Positions 49,720 through 62,939 of a stretch of 64,000 nt of DNA are shown piece after piece. Position numbers and translations under genes: made by a program. This DNA comes from Candidatus Hadarchaeota archaeon (GTDB lineage Archaea; CAYQAE01; CAYVLA01): the NCBI GenBank assembly GCA_964621445.1, contig CAZUNO010000006.1, forward strand, positions 54,011-118,010. The letters are read 5' to 3'. Position 1 is the first letter of the stretch; each line of letters begins with the position of its first letter. The notes under the pieces are model-generated. The model was not told where the DNA came from. It was given only the letters and a program-made list of their open reading frames with translations, and made no database searches.

Positions 49720-50763
49720 ATGATGCGTAGCAAAACCTTCAGGGATAGGACCGTCAAGGCCGCCTTTGGCGGCCCGCTGCTAATTTTCGACCGGGAGAAT
49801 ATGAGATACCTCACGGGCTCCGATGCCGGCGCGGCGCTGGTGGTTCCCGTTGAGAGGGAACCGGTGCTCCTGGCGTCCAGGATGGAGGCCGAGAGAGCGA
49901 GTTCCCAGACCTGGATAGACGATGTGAGGCAGTTTAACAAGGGAGAGGTAAGTCTAAGAAGAAACGAGGAAGTCATTTCGGACTCCCTGGGAGGAGCTAT
50001 CAGAAAGGTTGCCCAGGAATTGGAGATAGGCGAGATATCATTTGACAGAATTCCTGAAGAGGTCCGGGATGATCTGGACCATCTGGAGTTGTCCAGAACC
50101 GACCGGCTTAGGGACATGAGGATGATAAAATCGGATCTTGAGATCCGCCGCATAAAGAAGGCCAGAGGGATCGCCGGCGCGGTCTACGATGAGGTATCAT
50201 CTGAGATCGAGGAGGGGGAGACCGAGTTGGAGCTGGCGGGGAGGATATACCGTGCAATAATGTCCAGGGGCTCAATCGCGGCCTTTGAACCCATAGTTGC
50301 CTTCGATAAGAACTCGGCATTCCCGCATCATTCTCCCACAACTACTGAGCTGGGGTCTTCGGCGATCGTATTAATAGACCTGGGAGCTAGGGTGGATGGC
50401 TATTGCAGCGACATCACCCGCACCATGCTTACATTTCCAGGTCCCGCGGAGGAAAGTCTTGAAAAGGTCAGATCGGCCATAAATGCCGCAGTTGACGGTA
50501 TGGAGCCTGGCATGGAGCTAACCAAAGTCGCTGAGGCCGCTAGGGAAGCTTTGGGAAAGGAAAGCAGTTATTTCATTCACAGTCTGGGCCATGGTCTCGG
50601 CCTGGGTGTCCATGAGCCGCCCGTAATCTCGACCAACAGCGACGAGAAGCTGAAGGAGGGCATGGTTTTCACCATCGAACCCGGTATCTACTACAAGGGG
50701 AGGTTTGGCGTGCGCTGGGAGGAGGACGTGGTATGTCGCCAGGGAGGGGTGGAAATCCTATGA
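49720..50763 (+). CDS. pepQ: Xaa-Pro aminopeptidase/prolidase (M24)
   Basis: PHH, IDLGA...GYCSDITRT, HSLGHGLGL.VHE, TIEPGIY, GVRWEEDV. Confidence 0.9.
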   Translation: MMRSKTFRDRTVKAAFGGPLLIFDRENMRYLTGSDAGAALVVPVEREPVLLASRMEAERASSQTWIDDVRQFNKGEVSLRRNEEVISDSLGGAIRKVAQELEIGEISFDRIPEEVRDDLDHLELSRTDRLRDMRMIKSDLEIRRIKKARGIAGAVYDEVSSEIEEGETELELAGRIYRAIMSRGSIAAFEPIVAFDKNSAFPHHSPTTTELGSSAIVLIDLGARVDGYCSDITRTMLTFPGPAEESLEKVRSAINAAVDGMEPGMELTKVAEAAREALGKESSYFIHSLGHGLGLGVHEPPVISTNSDEKLKEGMVFTIEPGIYYKGRFGVRWEEDVVCRQGGVEIL

Positions 50764-50810
50764 TAAAGGTGTATATAGAAATCCGCGAATCTACATAGGA
50801 GGAAGTAATA

Positions 50811-50818
50811 TTTATAAA
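50811..50818 (+). promoter_or_regulatory. TATA box upstream of the tRNA-Lys/rpo cluster
   Basis: TTTATAAA after a purine-rich BRE-like stretch. Confidence 0.55.
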
Positions 50819-50938
50819 GAGGATCAGGAATGTTTACTTAGTTTTCTCCGAGGGAAAGCTGGTTGCCGGGCTCCTTCTCGTTATGTCTTTCAGAAGTTAT
50901 CTTGGTGAGTGGTAGCTCCCTCAGCACCTTAGATTTCA

Positions 50939-51012
50939 GGGCCCGTAGCTCAGTCTGGCAGAGCACTGGCCTTTTAAGCCAGGTGTCCGGGGTTCAATTC
51001 CCCGCGGGCCCG
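50939..51012 (+). tRNA. tRNA-Lys(TTT), intronless
   Basis: GGGCCCG-TA-GCTC..GAGC-A-CTGGC-CTTTTAA-GCCAG-GTGTC-CGGGG-TTCAATT-CCCCG-CGGGCCC-G. Confidence 0.96.
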
Positions 51013-51034
51013 CAAAACTAGGAGGATAAGAGTA

Positions 51035-54000
51035 ATGGTTGGTCCAAGATGGCCATTAATGAAGGCGTTTTTTGAAGAGAAAGGTTTGGTCAGGCAGCAT
51101 CTGGACTCGTACAACTACTTCGTGAGTACGGGTATCCAAGAGGTAATTGACGAGATCGGGGAGATAAGCCTCGATGTCGAGGATTACCACGTCAAGCTTG
51201 GGAGGGTTACCATTAGAGCTCCCTCCATGAAGGAAGCGGATGGAGCTCGGCGGGCGATAATGCCCATGGAGGCCCGGCTCAGAAACCTCACCTACTCCGC
51301 ACCGATATATCTCCAGATGTGCCTCATGAATGGGGATCTGGAGGTTGAGAGCGAAGAGGTCTATGTGGGTGAGCTTCCGGTGATGCTAAAGTCCGATCTA
51401 TGTGCCCTGCATGACATGTCGGAGGAGGAGTTGATCCAGGCGGGAGAGGACCCCGTCGACTCCGGCGGTTACTTCATAATTAACGGTACCGAAAGGGTGA
51501 TCGTGTCCATAGAGGAGCTGGCCGAGGACCGCATGATAACCGAGAAGGACGAGAGGAGGCATTCCCAGCGTACCCGTCTGTTCTCCACCCGTCACGGATA
51601 CAGGGCCAAGATCACGGTTGAGAGGAAGAGAGACGGGTCCCTCAGGGTATCCTTCCCCAGAGTGCCCGGATACATACCCCTGGTCGTACTCATGCGTTCC
51701 CTGGGCATGGAGATGGATAAGGACATAGCGGATGCAGTATCCAGGGATTCAGCGATTCTAAACGAGCTCTATCCGAATTTGGAGGATGCTAGGGAGATAT
51801 CCTCCCAGGATGAGGCTCTGGATTTCGTGGGTAGAAGGGTGGCCTCCGGTCAGCCCCTGGAACGCCGGGTAGAAAGGGCGACCCAGGTCGTCGACAGGTC
51901 ATTGTTGCCCCATCTTGGGAATGAGTCCTCGGACCGCATGAGAAAGGCCTACTACCTTGGGCGCATGGCGGAAAGAACCATCGAACTGTCCCTGGGAACC
52001 AGGGACGAGGATGATAAGGATCACTACGGAAATAAGAGGCTCAGCTTGGCCGGGGACCTACTTAAGAATCTATTCCGAGTCTCGTTCACCTCTCTCGGAA
52101 AGGACATCAAATACCAGCTCGAGAGGAGCATAAGCCGGGGGAAGAGGCTAAAGATCGGGATCGCGGTTAGGGCCGATCAACTGTCGGAAAAGATGAAACA
52201 CGCGCTTGCCACCGGAAATTGGCCCGGAGGCAGAACCGGCGTAAGCCAGTTATTGGCCAGGGATAATTTCATAACTGCAATATCACATCTGAGACGTGTC
52301 ATTTCCACACTGAGCAGGTCTCAGTCCCACTTCGAAGCCAGGGACCTTCATGCCACCCACTATGGACGCCTATGTCCTTCGGAAACCCCGGAGGGACCCA
52401 ACTGTGGATTGGTCAAGAACCTGTCCCTCATGGCCCACATTTCAACGGAGGCCGACCAGGAAATCGTGGAGAACACCCTATATGATCTCGGCGTACGAAA
52501 GATGGTTCCCGGGAGAAGTGAGGAGGGGTCGGCGACCTACCTAAACGGTAGGCTTATCGGGGTCATCGACGAGCCCGAGGATCTAGTTGAGAAGATCAGG
52601 GATCTGAGAAGAAAAGGGATGACCTCGGAGGAAGTAAACGTCAGGCTCGTGGACGAGACTATGGAGGTCCTGGTCTACTCGGATGCCGGACGGGTGAAAA
52701 GACCCGTTATAATAGTAAAGGACGGGGTATCTAAGCTGACCGAGACCCATATCCAGATGCTGGAAAGCGGCGATATGGAGTGGCAAGACCTGGTCGAGGA
52801 GGGAATAGTGGAGTACCTCGATGCCGAGGAGGAGGAGAATTGCCTGATCGCAGTCTCCGAGGATCAGCTCACGGAGGAGCACACCCATCTGGAGATCGAC
52901 CCATCGGCAACGCTTGGTATATGTGCTTCTTTAATCCCCTATCCGGAACACAACGCCTCGCCCCGAAATACCTATGGGGCGGGCATGTCCAAGCAGGCCC
53001 TGGGTTTCTATTCATCAAATTTTCCCCTGAGAATGGACACCCGTGGACACCTCCTCCACTACCCGCAGCGTCCGATATGTGAGACCGGGGTTATGGATGC
53101 AATTGGCCTGAATAGGAGGTCCTCCGGCCAGAACTTCGTGGTGGCCGTGGGGTGTTATTATGGTTTCAACATCGAGGATGCCCTGATAATTAACGAATCA
53201 TCGATTGATCGAGGTCTTTCCCGTTCCACCTTCTTCCGTTCATATGATGCCGAGGAGAAGAGATACCCAGGGGGTCAGGTTGACATGTTTGAGCTTCCCG
53301 AGGAGGAAGCCCGCGGTTTCAGAGGTGAGGAGAAGTATGGGTATCTGGACTATGATGGGGTAATTTGGCCCGAGTCCGAGGTTGAAAGCGGCGATGTGCT
53401 GATTGGAAGAACCAGTCCCCCGCGTTTCCTGGAGGAAATGGACCGGTTCGGTACCAGAGTCGAGAGAAGGAGGGAGACCTCCACCTACGTTAGACACCGT
53501 GAGGAGGGAATAGCTGACGTGGTCATGCTCTCGGAGACATCAGAGGGTAATAAACTCTGCAAGGTCAAGGTTAGGGACCTGAGAAGCCCGGAGATAGGGG
53601 ATAAGTTCGCCTCCAGACATGGGCAGAAAGGCATAATCGGACTGATAGTCCCCCAGGAGGACATGCCATTCACCGAGGATGGGGTAGTACCCGACCTTAT
53701 ATTGAATCCCCACGCCATACCGGGAAGGAAAACCCTGGGTCAGATACTGGAGACCCTGGCCGGGAAGATCGGGGCACTGAACGGCGAGACGGTTGATACC
53801 ACTCCATTCTATGGGATGACGGAGGAAGAAATCAGGGAGGAGCTCGAGGACAAGTGTTTCAACCATGCGGGCAAGGAGGTTCTCTACGATGGAATTACCG
53901 GCCAAAAGATGTCCATGGACATGTTCATGGGCATAACCTACTACTGGAAGCTACATCACATGGTCTCCGACAAGATACACGCCCGGTCCAGGGGACCGAT

Positions 54001-54334
54001 ACAGATGCTCACCCGGCAGCCGACTGAAGGAAGGGCTAGAGAGGGAGGCCTGAGGTTTGGAGAGATGGAAAGGGATTGCCTGGTCGGTCACGGCGCAGCG
54101 CTTCTGCTAAAGGAGAGACTTCTGGAGGAGTCCGACAAGTGCACGGTCCTGGTATGCACGGATTGTGGCGGCATAGGCGTTTATGATAGAATAACCGATA
54201 TGCAGTACTGTCCGATGTGCGGTGAGAGCGCAATTCTGGAGGAGGTCGAGATCTCTTACGCCTTCAAGCTTCTAGTTGACGAGTTGAAATCGCTTGGCAT
54301 CAATCCAAGATTCGAGTTGAAGGATAAGGCCTAG
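51035..54334 (+). CDS. rpoB: RNA polymerase subunit Rpo2 (unsplit B)
   Basis: GGYFIINGTE, CPSETPEG.NCGL, GDKFASRHGQKG, GRAREGGLRFGEMERD. Confidence 0.98.
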   Translation: MVGPRWPLMKAFFEEKGLVRQHLDSYNYFVSTGIQEVIDEIGEISLDVEDYHVKLGRVTIRAPSMKEADGARRAIMPMEARLRNLTYSAPIYLQMCLMNGDLEVESEEVYVGELPVMLKSDLCALHDMSEEELIQAGEDPVDSGGYFIINGTERVIVSIEELAEDRMITEKDERRHSQRTRLFSTRHGYRAKITVERKRDGSLRVSFPRVPGYIPLVVLMRSLGMEMDKDIADAVSRDSAILNELYPNLEDAREISSQDEALDFVGRRVASGQPLERRVERATQVVDRSLLPHLGNESSDRMRKAYYLGRMAERTIELSLGTRDEDDKDHYGNKRLSLAGDLLKNLFRVSFTSLGKDIKYQLERSISRGKRLKIGIAVRADQLSEKMKHALATGNWPGGRTGVSQLLARDNFITAISHLRRVISTLSRSQSHFEARDLHATHYGRLCPSETPEGPNCGLVKNLSLMAHISTEADQEIVENTLYDLGVRKMVPGRSEEGSATYLNGRLIGVIDEPEDLVEKIRDLRRKGMTSEEVNVRLVDETMEVLVYSDAGRVKRPVIIVKDGVSKLTETHIQMLESGDMEWQDLVEEGIVEYLDAEEEENCLIAVSEDQLTEEHTHLEIDPSATLGICASLIPYPEHNASPRNTYGAGMSKQALGFYSSNFPLRMDTRGHLLHYPQRPICETGVMDAIGLNRRSSGQNFVVAVGCYYGFNIEDALIINESSIDRGLSRSTFFRSYDAEEKRYPGGQVDMFELPEEEARGFRGEEKYGYLDYDGVIWPESEVESGDVLIGRTSPPRFLEEMDRFGTRVERRRETSTYVRHREEGIADVVMLSETSEGNKLCKVKVRDLRSPEIGDKFASRHGQKGIIGLIVPQEDMPFTEDGVVPDLILNPHAIPGRKTLGQILETLAGKIGALNGETVDTTPFYGMTEEEIREELEDKCFNHAGKEVLYDGITGQKMSMDMFMGITYYWKLHHMVSDKIHARSRGPIQMLTRQPTEGRAREGGLRFGEMERDCLVGHGAALLLKERLLEESDKCTVLVCTDCGGIGVYDRITDMQYCPMCGESAILEEVEISYAFKLLVDELKSLGINPRFELKDKA

Positions 54335-54343
54335 GTGATAAAT

Positions 54344-58124
<3,781 letters not shown>

Positions 58125-58125
<1 letters not shown>

Positions 58126-58433
58126 TGACCGTGGATATAGACAAGGCCCTGAGAGAGGCAATTCGAACCGGACGGGTAGAGATAGGACTGGAGACCACCA
58201 TAAGGGCCACTGTAACTGGAAGGGCCAGGTTGGTAATAGTCTCAAGTAGATGTCCCGATACCAGTCTCGATGATCTCCGCTACTATTCGAGCATGTCGGA
58301 GGTTCCCATCATCGAATTCGAGGGGGATAGCCGCGATCTAGGGAGAGCATGTAGAAAGCCATTTCACGTGGCCTCGGTTGCGGTGATAGATGCAGGCGAG
58401 TCAAGCGTTCTGTCTGCCGTTCAAGGTGCTTAG
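58125..58433 (+). CDS. rpl30e: 50S ribosomal protein eL30
   Basis: AIRTGRVEIG, LG.AC.KPF, IDAGES; conserved position. Confidence 0.95.
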
Positions 58434-58862
58434 ATGGGGATAAAGCTCGGCGAGGAGCAACTTGAGTACATGGCCCTTTTCGAGGGAATCTCGGGTGCGC
58501 CAATACTCGATTGCATTATTCCTGATGATGCAAATCGTGTTGTCTTTGTGGTCAAGAAGAATAACGTTAGCAAGGCGATCGGAAGGGGCGGCCTTAACGT
58601 CAAGAAGGCCAAGAACATGATAGGCCGGGACATAGAGGTGGTGGAGTACTCCGAGGACCCCAAGGAATTCATCACCAAATTGGTATCACCGGCCCGGGTC
58701 CAGAACATCCGTCTGGTGGAGTCCGAGGGAAACAAGACGGCCTATGTCAACGTCCATCCCCAGGACAAGGGAATGGCCATAGGGCGCGGCGGTTCGACCA
58801 TCCGAAAGGTAAGGACGTTGAGCGATCGTCATCACTCGATAGACAACGTGGTTGTGGTCTAG
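58434..58862 (+). CDS. nusA: Archaeal NusA (two KH domains)
   Basis: AIGRGG twice; conserved position. Confidence 0.95.
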   Translation: MGIKLGEEQLEYMALFEGISGAPILDCIIPDDANRVVFVVKKNNVSKAIGRGGLNVKKAKNMIGRDIEVVEYSEDPKEFITKLVSPARVQNIRLVESEGNKTAYVNVHPQDKGMAIGRGGSTIRKVRTLSDRHHSIDNVVVV

Positions 58863-58910
58863 AGTTTCCCTGTTTGATAGATTTTCAACGTACGGTCAGG
58901 TAGGATAAAG

Positions 58911-58918
58911 TTATATAT
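58911..58918 (+). promoter_or_regulatory. BRE/TATA promoter of aIF1A-rps12-rps7-EF2
   Basis: GATAAAG-TTATATAT in the nusA-aIF1A gap; GAGGTG RBS at 58991. Confidence 0.6.
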
Positions 58919-59000
58919 CCGCCAGAGGGAATAAACCTTAACTTCGCCCAGGTGAGGGTAGGCATTTTCTACCAAAACCTGGATTCTCTTGAGGTGCATT

Positions 59001-59297
59001 ATGGCACGAGATAAAAACGAGGAGGAAACGCTTAAAGTAAGAATACCTAGAAGGAATGAGGTAGTGGGTATAGTACAGCAGATGCTAGGTACTGGAAGAC
59101 TTAGGGTCAAATGCAAGGACGGTCATACCAGAATGTGCAGGATCCCCGGTAGAATGCGAAAGAGGATATGGGTAAGGGAAGGCGATGTGGTTATCGTTTC
59201 CCTGGGAGAGGTTCAGAGCGATACCAAAGGGGATATAGCTTACCGCTACACCCAGGATCAAGTAAGATGGTTGAAGCGACGCAACTATTTGTCGTGA
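59001..59297 (+). CDS. eif1a: Translation initiation factor aIF-1A
   Basis: C.DG.TR.CRIPG.M.KRIW.REGD.V.V, K.DI.YRY. Confidence 0.95.
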   Translation: MARDKNEEETLKVRIPRRNEVVGIVQQMLGTGRLRVKCKDGHTRMCRIPGRMRKRIWVREGDVVIVSLGEVQSDTKGDIAYRYTQDQVRWLKRRNYLS

Positions 59298-59306
59298 GGT
59301 GTTAAA

Positions 59307-59744
59307 TTGAGTAAAGGTTCAAGGGGACTATTTGCATCTAGAAAACTCAAGAAGGACAGGAAGAAATTCAGATGGAGAGATCGTGACTACATGCGTAGGG
59401 CACTGAATCTCGACGTCAAGGTGGACCCCCTGGAGGGTTCGCCTCAGGCCAAGGGTATAGTCCTGTTTAGGGACAAGGTCGAGGCAAAGCAGCCCAACTC
59501 CGCATGGAGAAAAGTAGTTCGAGTCCAGCTAATAAAGAACGGGAAACAGGTTACCGCCTTTTGCCCCGGCGATGGAGCTCTAAAGTTTGTTGATGAGCAC
59601 GATGAGGTCCTCATCGAGGGTATAGGAGGATCTAGAGGCGGTTCCTACGGCGATCTTCCCGGTGTTCGGTGGAAGGTAGTTAAAGTGAACGGGGTTGCCC
59701 TTGAGGAAATGGTCAAGGGCAAGAAAGAGAAACCCATAAGATGA
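59307..59744 (+). CDS. rps12: 30S ribosomal protein uS12
   Basis: [25 protein letters not shown]. Confidence 0.97.
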   Translation: MSKGSRGLFASRKLKKDRKKFRWRDRDYMRRALNLDVKVDPLEGSPQAKGIVLFRDKVEAKQPNSAWRKVVRVQLIKNGKQVTAFCPGDGALKFVDEHDEVLIEGIGGSRGGSYGDLPGVRWKVVKVNGVALEEMVKGKKEKPIR

Positions 59745-59764
59745 TTTTAACGGGTTGATCTTCG

Positions 59765-60502
59765 ATGGCCAATGAAGATGAAGAATCAAATAACGAAGAG
59801 GAAGAGTCAATAGAGGAGGCTGAAGAGGAAAAACCAGCCGAATCGGAGTCAGACTCAGAGGTAGAGGAGGAAACGGAGGACGAGCAGGAGCCTGAGGACA
59901 GGGTTAAATTGTTCGGCAGGTGGAATTTCCCGGAGGTTGGGGAAGTCGATCCGGGGCTCCAGAGGTATGTTTGCCTGGATCCTGTAATTATCCCCCATAC
60001 CGCTGGTAGGGCGGCCAATAAGCGCTTTGCAAAGTCAGATGTTAATATTGTGGAGCGTTTGGTCAATAAGTGCATGCGGTCGGGGACGGGAAGGAAGAAA
60101 ATCGCCGGTAAGTTCATTAGGAACAAGTACGGCTGCGGTAAGAAAGAGAGGTCCATCCGGAATCTCAGGGAGGCATTCGATATCATTGAGGAGAAAACGG
60201 ATACCAATCCGATCCAGATCCTCATCCAGGCGATAGAGAACTGTGCTCCCAGGGAGGAGACGACAACAATTTCCTACGGTGGAATTTCCTACCACAAGTC
60301 GGTGGATGTTTCACCCCAGAGAAGGGTGGATTTGGCCCTAAGAAATATCGCCCGGGGAACATCGGCGTCTGCATTTAAATCCAAGAGAAATCTGGCAGAA
60401 GCGTTGGCGGATGAGCTAGTCCTTGCAGCCAGGAATGACTCAAGTAGTCACGCCGTGGCGCGTAAGGAGGAGACCGAAAGGGTTGCCATGTCATCGAGGT
60501 GA
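59765..60502 (+). CDS. rps7: 30S ribosomal protein uS7 with an acidic N-terminal extension
   Basis: PHT.GR, IVERLVNK, APREE, VDVSPQRRVD, KEETERVA. Confidence 0.97.
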   Translation: MANEDEESNNEEEESIEEAEEEKPAESESDSEVEEETEDEQEPEDRVKLFGRWNFPEVGEVDPGLQRYVCLDPVIIPHTAGRAANKRFAKSDVNIVERLVNKCMRSGTGRKKIAGKFIRNKYGCGKKERSIRNLREAFDIIEEKTDTNPIQILIQAIENCAPREETTTISYGGISYHKSVDVSPQRRVDLALRNIARGTSASAFKSKRNLAEALADELVLAARNDSSSHAVARKEETERVAMSSR

Positions 60503-60507
60503 CGTAA

Positions 60508-62703
60508 ATGGGAAAAAGAGAGGAAATGATGAACAAGATTGGAGAGCTTATGCGCCAGCGAGAGTATATCCGAAATATCGGAACTGTTGCTCATATAGAT
60601 CACGGTAAGACAACGCTAAGCGACAACCTGATTGCTGGAGCAGGGATGATTTCATCCGAACTGGCCGGAAGCCAGCTCTGGCTGGATTTTGACGAACAGG
60701 AACAGGCAAGAGGGATAACCATTGACGCTGCAAACGTTTCCATGGTCCATGAATTGGAGGATCAGGAGTACCTGATTAACCTGATAGATACCCCGGGTCA
60801 CGTTGACTTTGGAGGAGACGTTACCAGGGCCATGAGGGCCATAGACGGGGCCATAGTGGTGGTCTGTGCCGTTGAGGGCGTGATGCCCCAGACGGAGACG
60901 GTGATAAGACAGGCCATGAAGGAGCGGGTCAAGCCCATACTTTTCATCAATAAGGTCGACCGAATGGTAAAGGAGCTAAAGCTCGATCCCCAGGAGATGC
61001 AGAACCGTTTCATAAAGATAATCACCAAGGTAAACAAGCTCATCTCGGAGTTCGCGCCTGAGGGGCTTGAGGAAGAATGGAAGGTTAGTGTAAATGATGG
61101 AACCGTTTGCTTTGGCTCGGCTACCGGAAACTGGGCCATCAGCGTGCCCTATATGGAGAGGTCGGGCACCAGTTTCAAGGATATAATAGATGCCTGCCAG
61201 AATGACGTCCAGAACGAGCTAGCCGAAAACGCACCACTTCACGTCGTACTTCTCAACACCGTGGTTAGATTTCTTCCCGATCCTCTAACGGCACAGAAGA
61301 TGAGGATAGCGCATATCTGGAAGGGAGATGCCGAAAGCAAGATCGGACAGGACATGATCGAGGCCAATGCCGATGGGACCATGGCCATGGTTGTCACCCG
61401 GATACTCGTTGATCGACATGCGGGAGAGGTAGCCGTGGGCCGAATATTCAGTGGTTCCGTCAAACAGGGCCAGGAGATATGGATATGCGGGGTGAACAAG
61501 AAGGCCAGAATTCAGCAGGCAGCAGTATACCTGGGCCCTGAAAGGGTGAATATGCCCTCTATACCCGCAGGTAACATCCTTGCCCTGACCGGCGTGAAGG
61601 ATGCAATTGCCGGGGAAACCCTTTCCGGGGGCGATGGACCCGTAACGCCCTTCGAGGCCATAAAGCACCACTCCGAGCCGGTGGTGACGGTTGCCCTGGA
61701 GGCAAAGAATACCCAGGAGCTTCCGAAGCTCATAGAGGTCCTGAGGCAGATGGCAAAGGAGTACCCGGAGATAAAGGTGGAGATATCGGAGGAAACAGGA
61801 GAACACCTGCTTTCCGGACAGGGAGAGCTGCACCTGGAGGTCCTCATTCACAGAATTAGGACCGATAAAGGAGTGGATGTGGAGACCTCTGAACCCATTG
61901 TCATCTACCGGGAGACCATTGGCCAGAAGGCCGGGCCCATCGAGGGTCGATCTCCAAACAAGCATAACAGGTTCGAGATCGTGGTGGAACCCCTGGAGGC
62001 CGGGGTATACCAGGCTATCAAAGATGGGGACCTCCCTGAAGGGAGAATCCGCGGCCGATCACATGCCGCCGAGTTCCAGGAGGCAGGGCTGGAGAAGTCC
62101 GAGGCCCGCAGGGTCATCGACGTTTGCGGTGGAAATGTTCTCATAGATTCCACCCGAGGAATCACCTATCTGCCAGAGATAATCGAGCTGGTGATAGAGG
62201 CATTCGAGGAGGCAGTTGAAGCTGGACCCATGTCCAGGGAGACCGCCATAAGGCTCAAGGTCAAGCTGATGGACGCAAAGATACACGAGGACCCGGTGCA
62301 CAGGGGACCGGCCCAGGTCATCCCGGCGGTCAGGAGTGCGATATTTGCCTGTATACTGAGCGCGGGTGCCATATTGATGGAGCCAAAGCAGCTCGTTTAC
62401 ATCAACGTGCCCCAGCAGTTCATGGGTCAGGCCACGCAGGAGATCCAGAGCCGGCGGGGCCAGATCAGGGATATCGGACAGGATGACAACCAGATCATGA
62501 TAGAGTCCAAGGCCCCGGTCGCCGAGCTATTCGGTTTCTCGGGAGCAATAAGGTCAGCCACCGAGGGCAGAGCCCTGTGGACGACGGAGTTCACCGGCTT
62601 TGAGAAGGTCCCCGAGAACCTTCAGGAGGATTTGGTGCGCTCCATAAGGGCCAGGAAGGGCCTAAAGGAGAAGCTACCAACGGTCAGCGATTTCCTGACC
62701 TAG
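60508..62703 (+). CDS. fusA: Elongation factor EF-2
   Basis: [22 protein letters not shown], diphthamide loop [11 protein letters not shown]. Confidence 0.98.
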   Translation: MGKREEMMNKIGELMRQREYIRNIGTVAHIDHGKTTLSDNLIAGAGMISSELAGSQLWLDFDEQEQARGITIDAANVSMVHELEDQEYLINLIDTPGHVDFGGDVTRAMRAIDGAIVVVCAVEGVMPQTETVIRQAMKERVKPILFINKVDRMVKELKLDPQEMQNRFIKIITKVNKLISEFAPEGLEEEWKVSVNDGTVCFGSATGNWAISVPYMERSGTSFKDIIDACQNDVQNELAENAPLHVVLLNTVVRFLPDPLTAQKMRIAHIWKGDAESKIGQDMIEANADGTMAMVVTRILVDRHAGEVAVGRIFSGSVKQGQEIWICGVNKKARIQQAAVYLGPERVNMPSIPAGNILALTGVKDAIAGETLSGGDGPVTPFEAIKHHSEPVVTVALEAKNTQELPKLIEVLRQMAKEYPEIKVEISEETGEHLLSGQGELHLEVLIHRIRTDKGVDVETSEPIVIYRETIGQKAGPIEGRSPNKHNRFEIVVEPLEAGVYQAIKDGDLPEGRIRGRSHAAEFQEAGLEKSEARRVIDVCGGNVLIDSTRGITYLPEIIELVIEAFEEAVEAGPMSRETAIRLKVKLMDAKIHEDPVHRGPAQVIPAVRSAIFACILSAGAILMEPKQLVYINVPQQFMGQATQEIQSRRGQIRDIGQDDNQIMIESKAPVAELFGFSGAIRSATEGRALWTTEFTGFEKVPENLQEDLVRSIRARKGLKEKLPTVSDFLT

Positions 62704-62717
62704 ACGCCCGTTTGGAT

Positions 62718-62870
62718 AGAGGCGGGTTAAGGATCACGGTGTAGTTACCCTGACTCTAATCCGCTCTCTTGCGAGTTCATAAACTACGGGAAAAGAGTTA
62801 TAACCGCTTTGGACCTTGATTGCTTAAGGTTGTCCTGCTCTAGTTTCGGCCGGGCAACGAAGCAAACTGG
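62718..62870 (+). ncRNA. Candidate structured RNA with two tandem hairpin-pseudoknots
   Basis: Hand-folded stems in which the non-Watson-Crick pairs are mostly G-U on the + strand; see findings. Confidence 0.35.
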
Positions 62871-62939
62871 TCTATTCCGAGGAACTCCAAATAAGATATT
62901 AATAGGAATTGACCCTTTGCAACCAAGAGAGGTGTGGAA

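Noticed and set aside
62715-62890. Resemblance to RNase P RNA (GAGGAACTCC, ATAGAGGCGGGTTA) or an HDV-like ribozyme (GGCCGGGCAAC...CGAA)
   Set aside because: The RNase P-like pieces are in the wrong order and cannot form P4; there is no room for the HDV P3/L3/P1 topology
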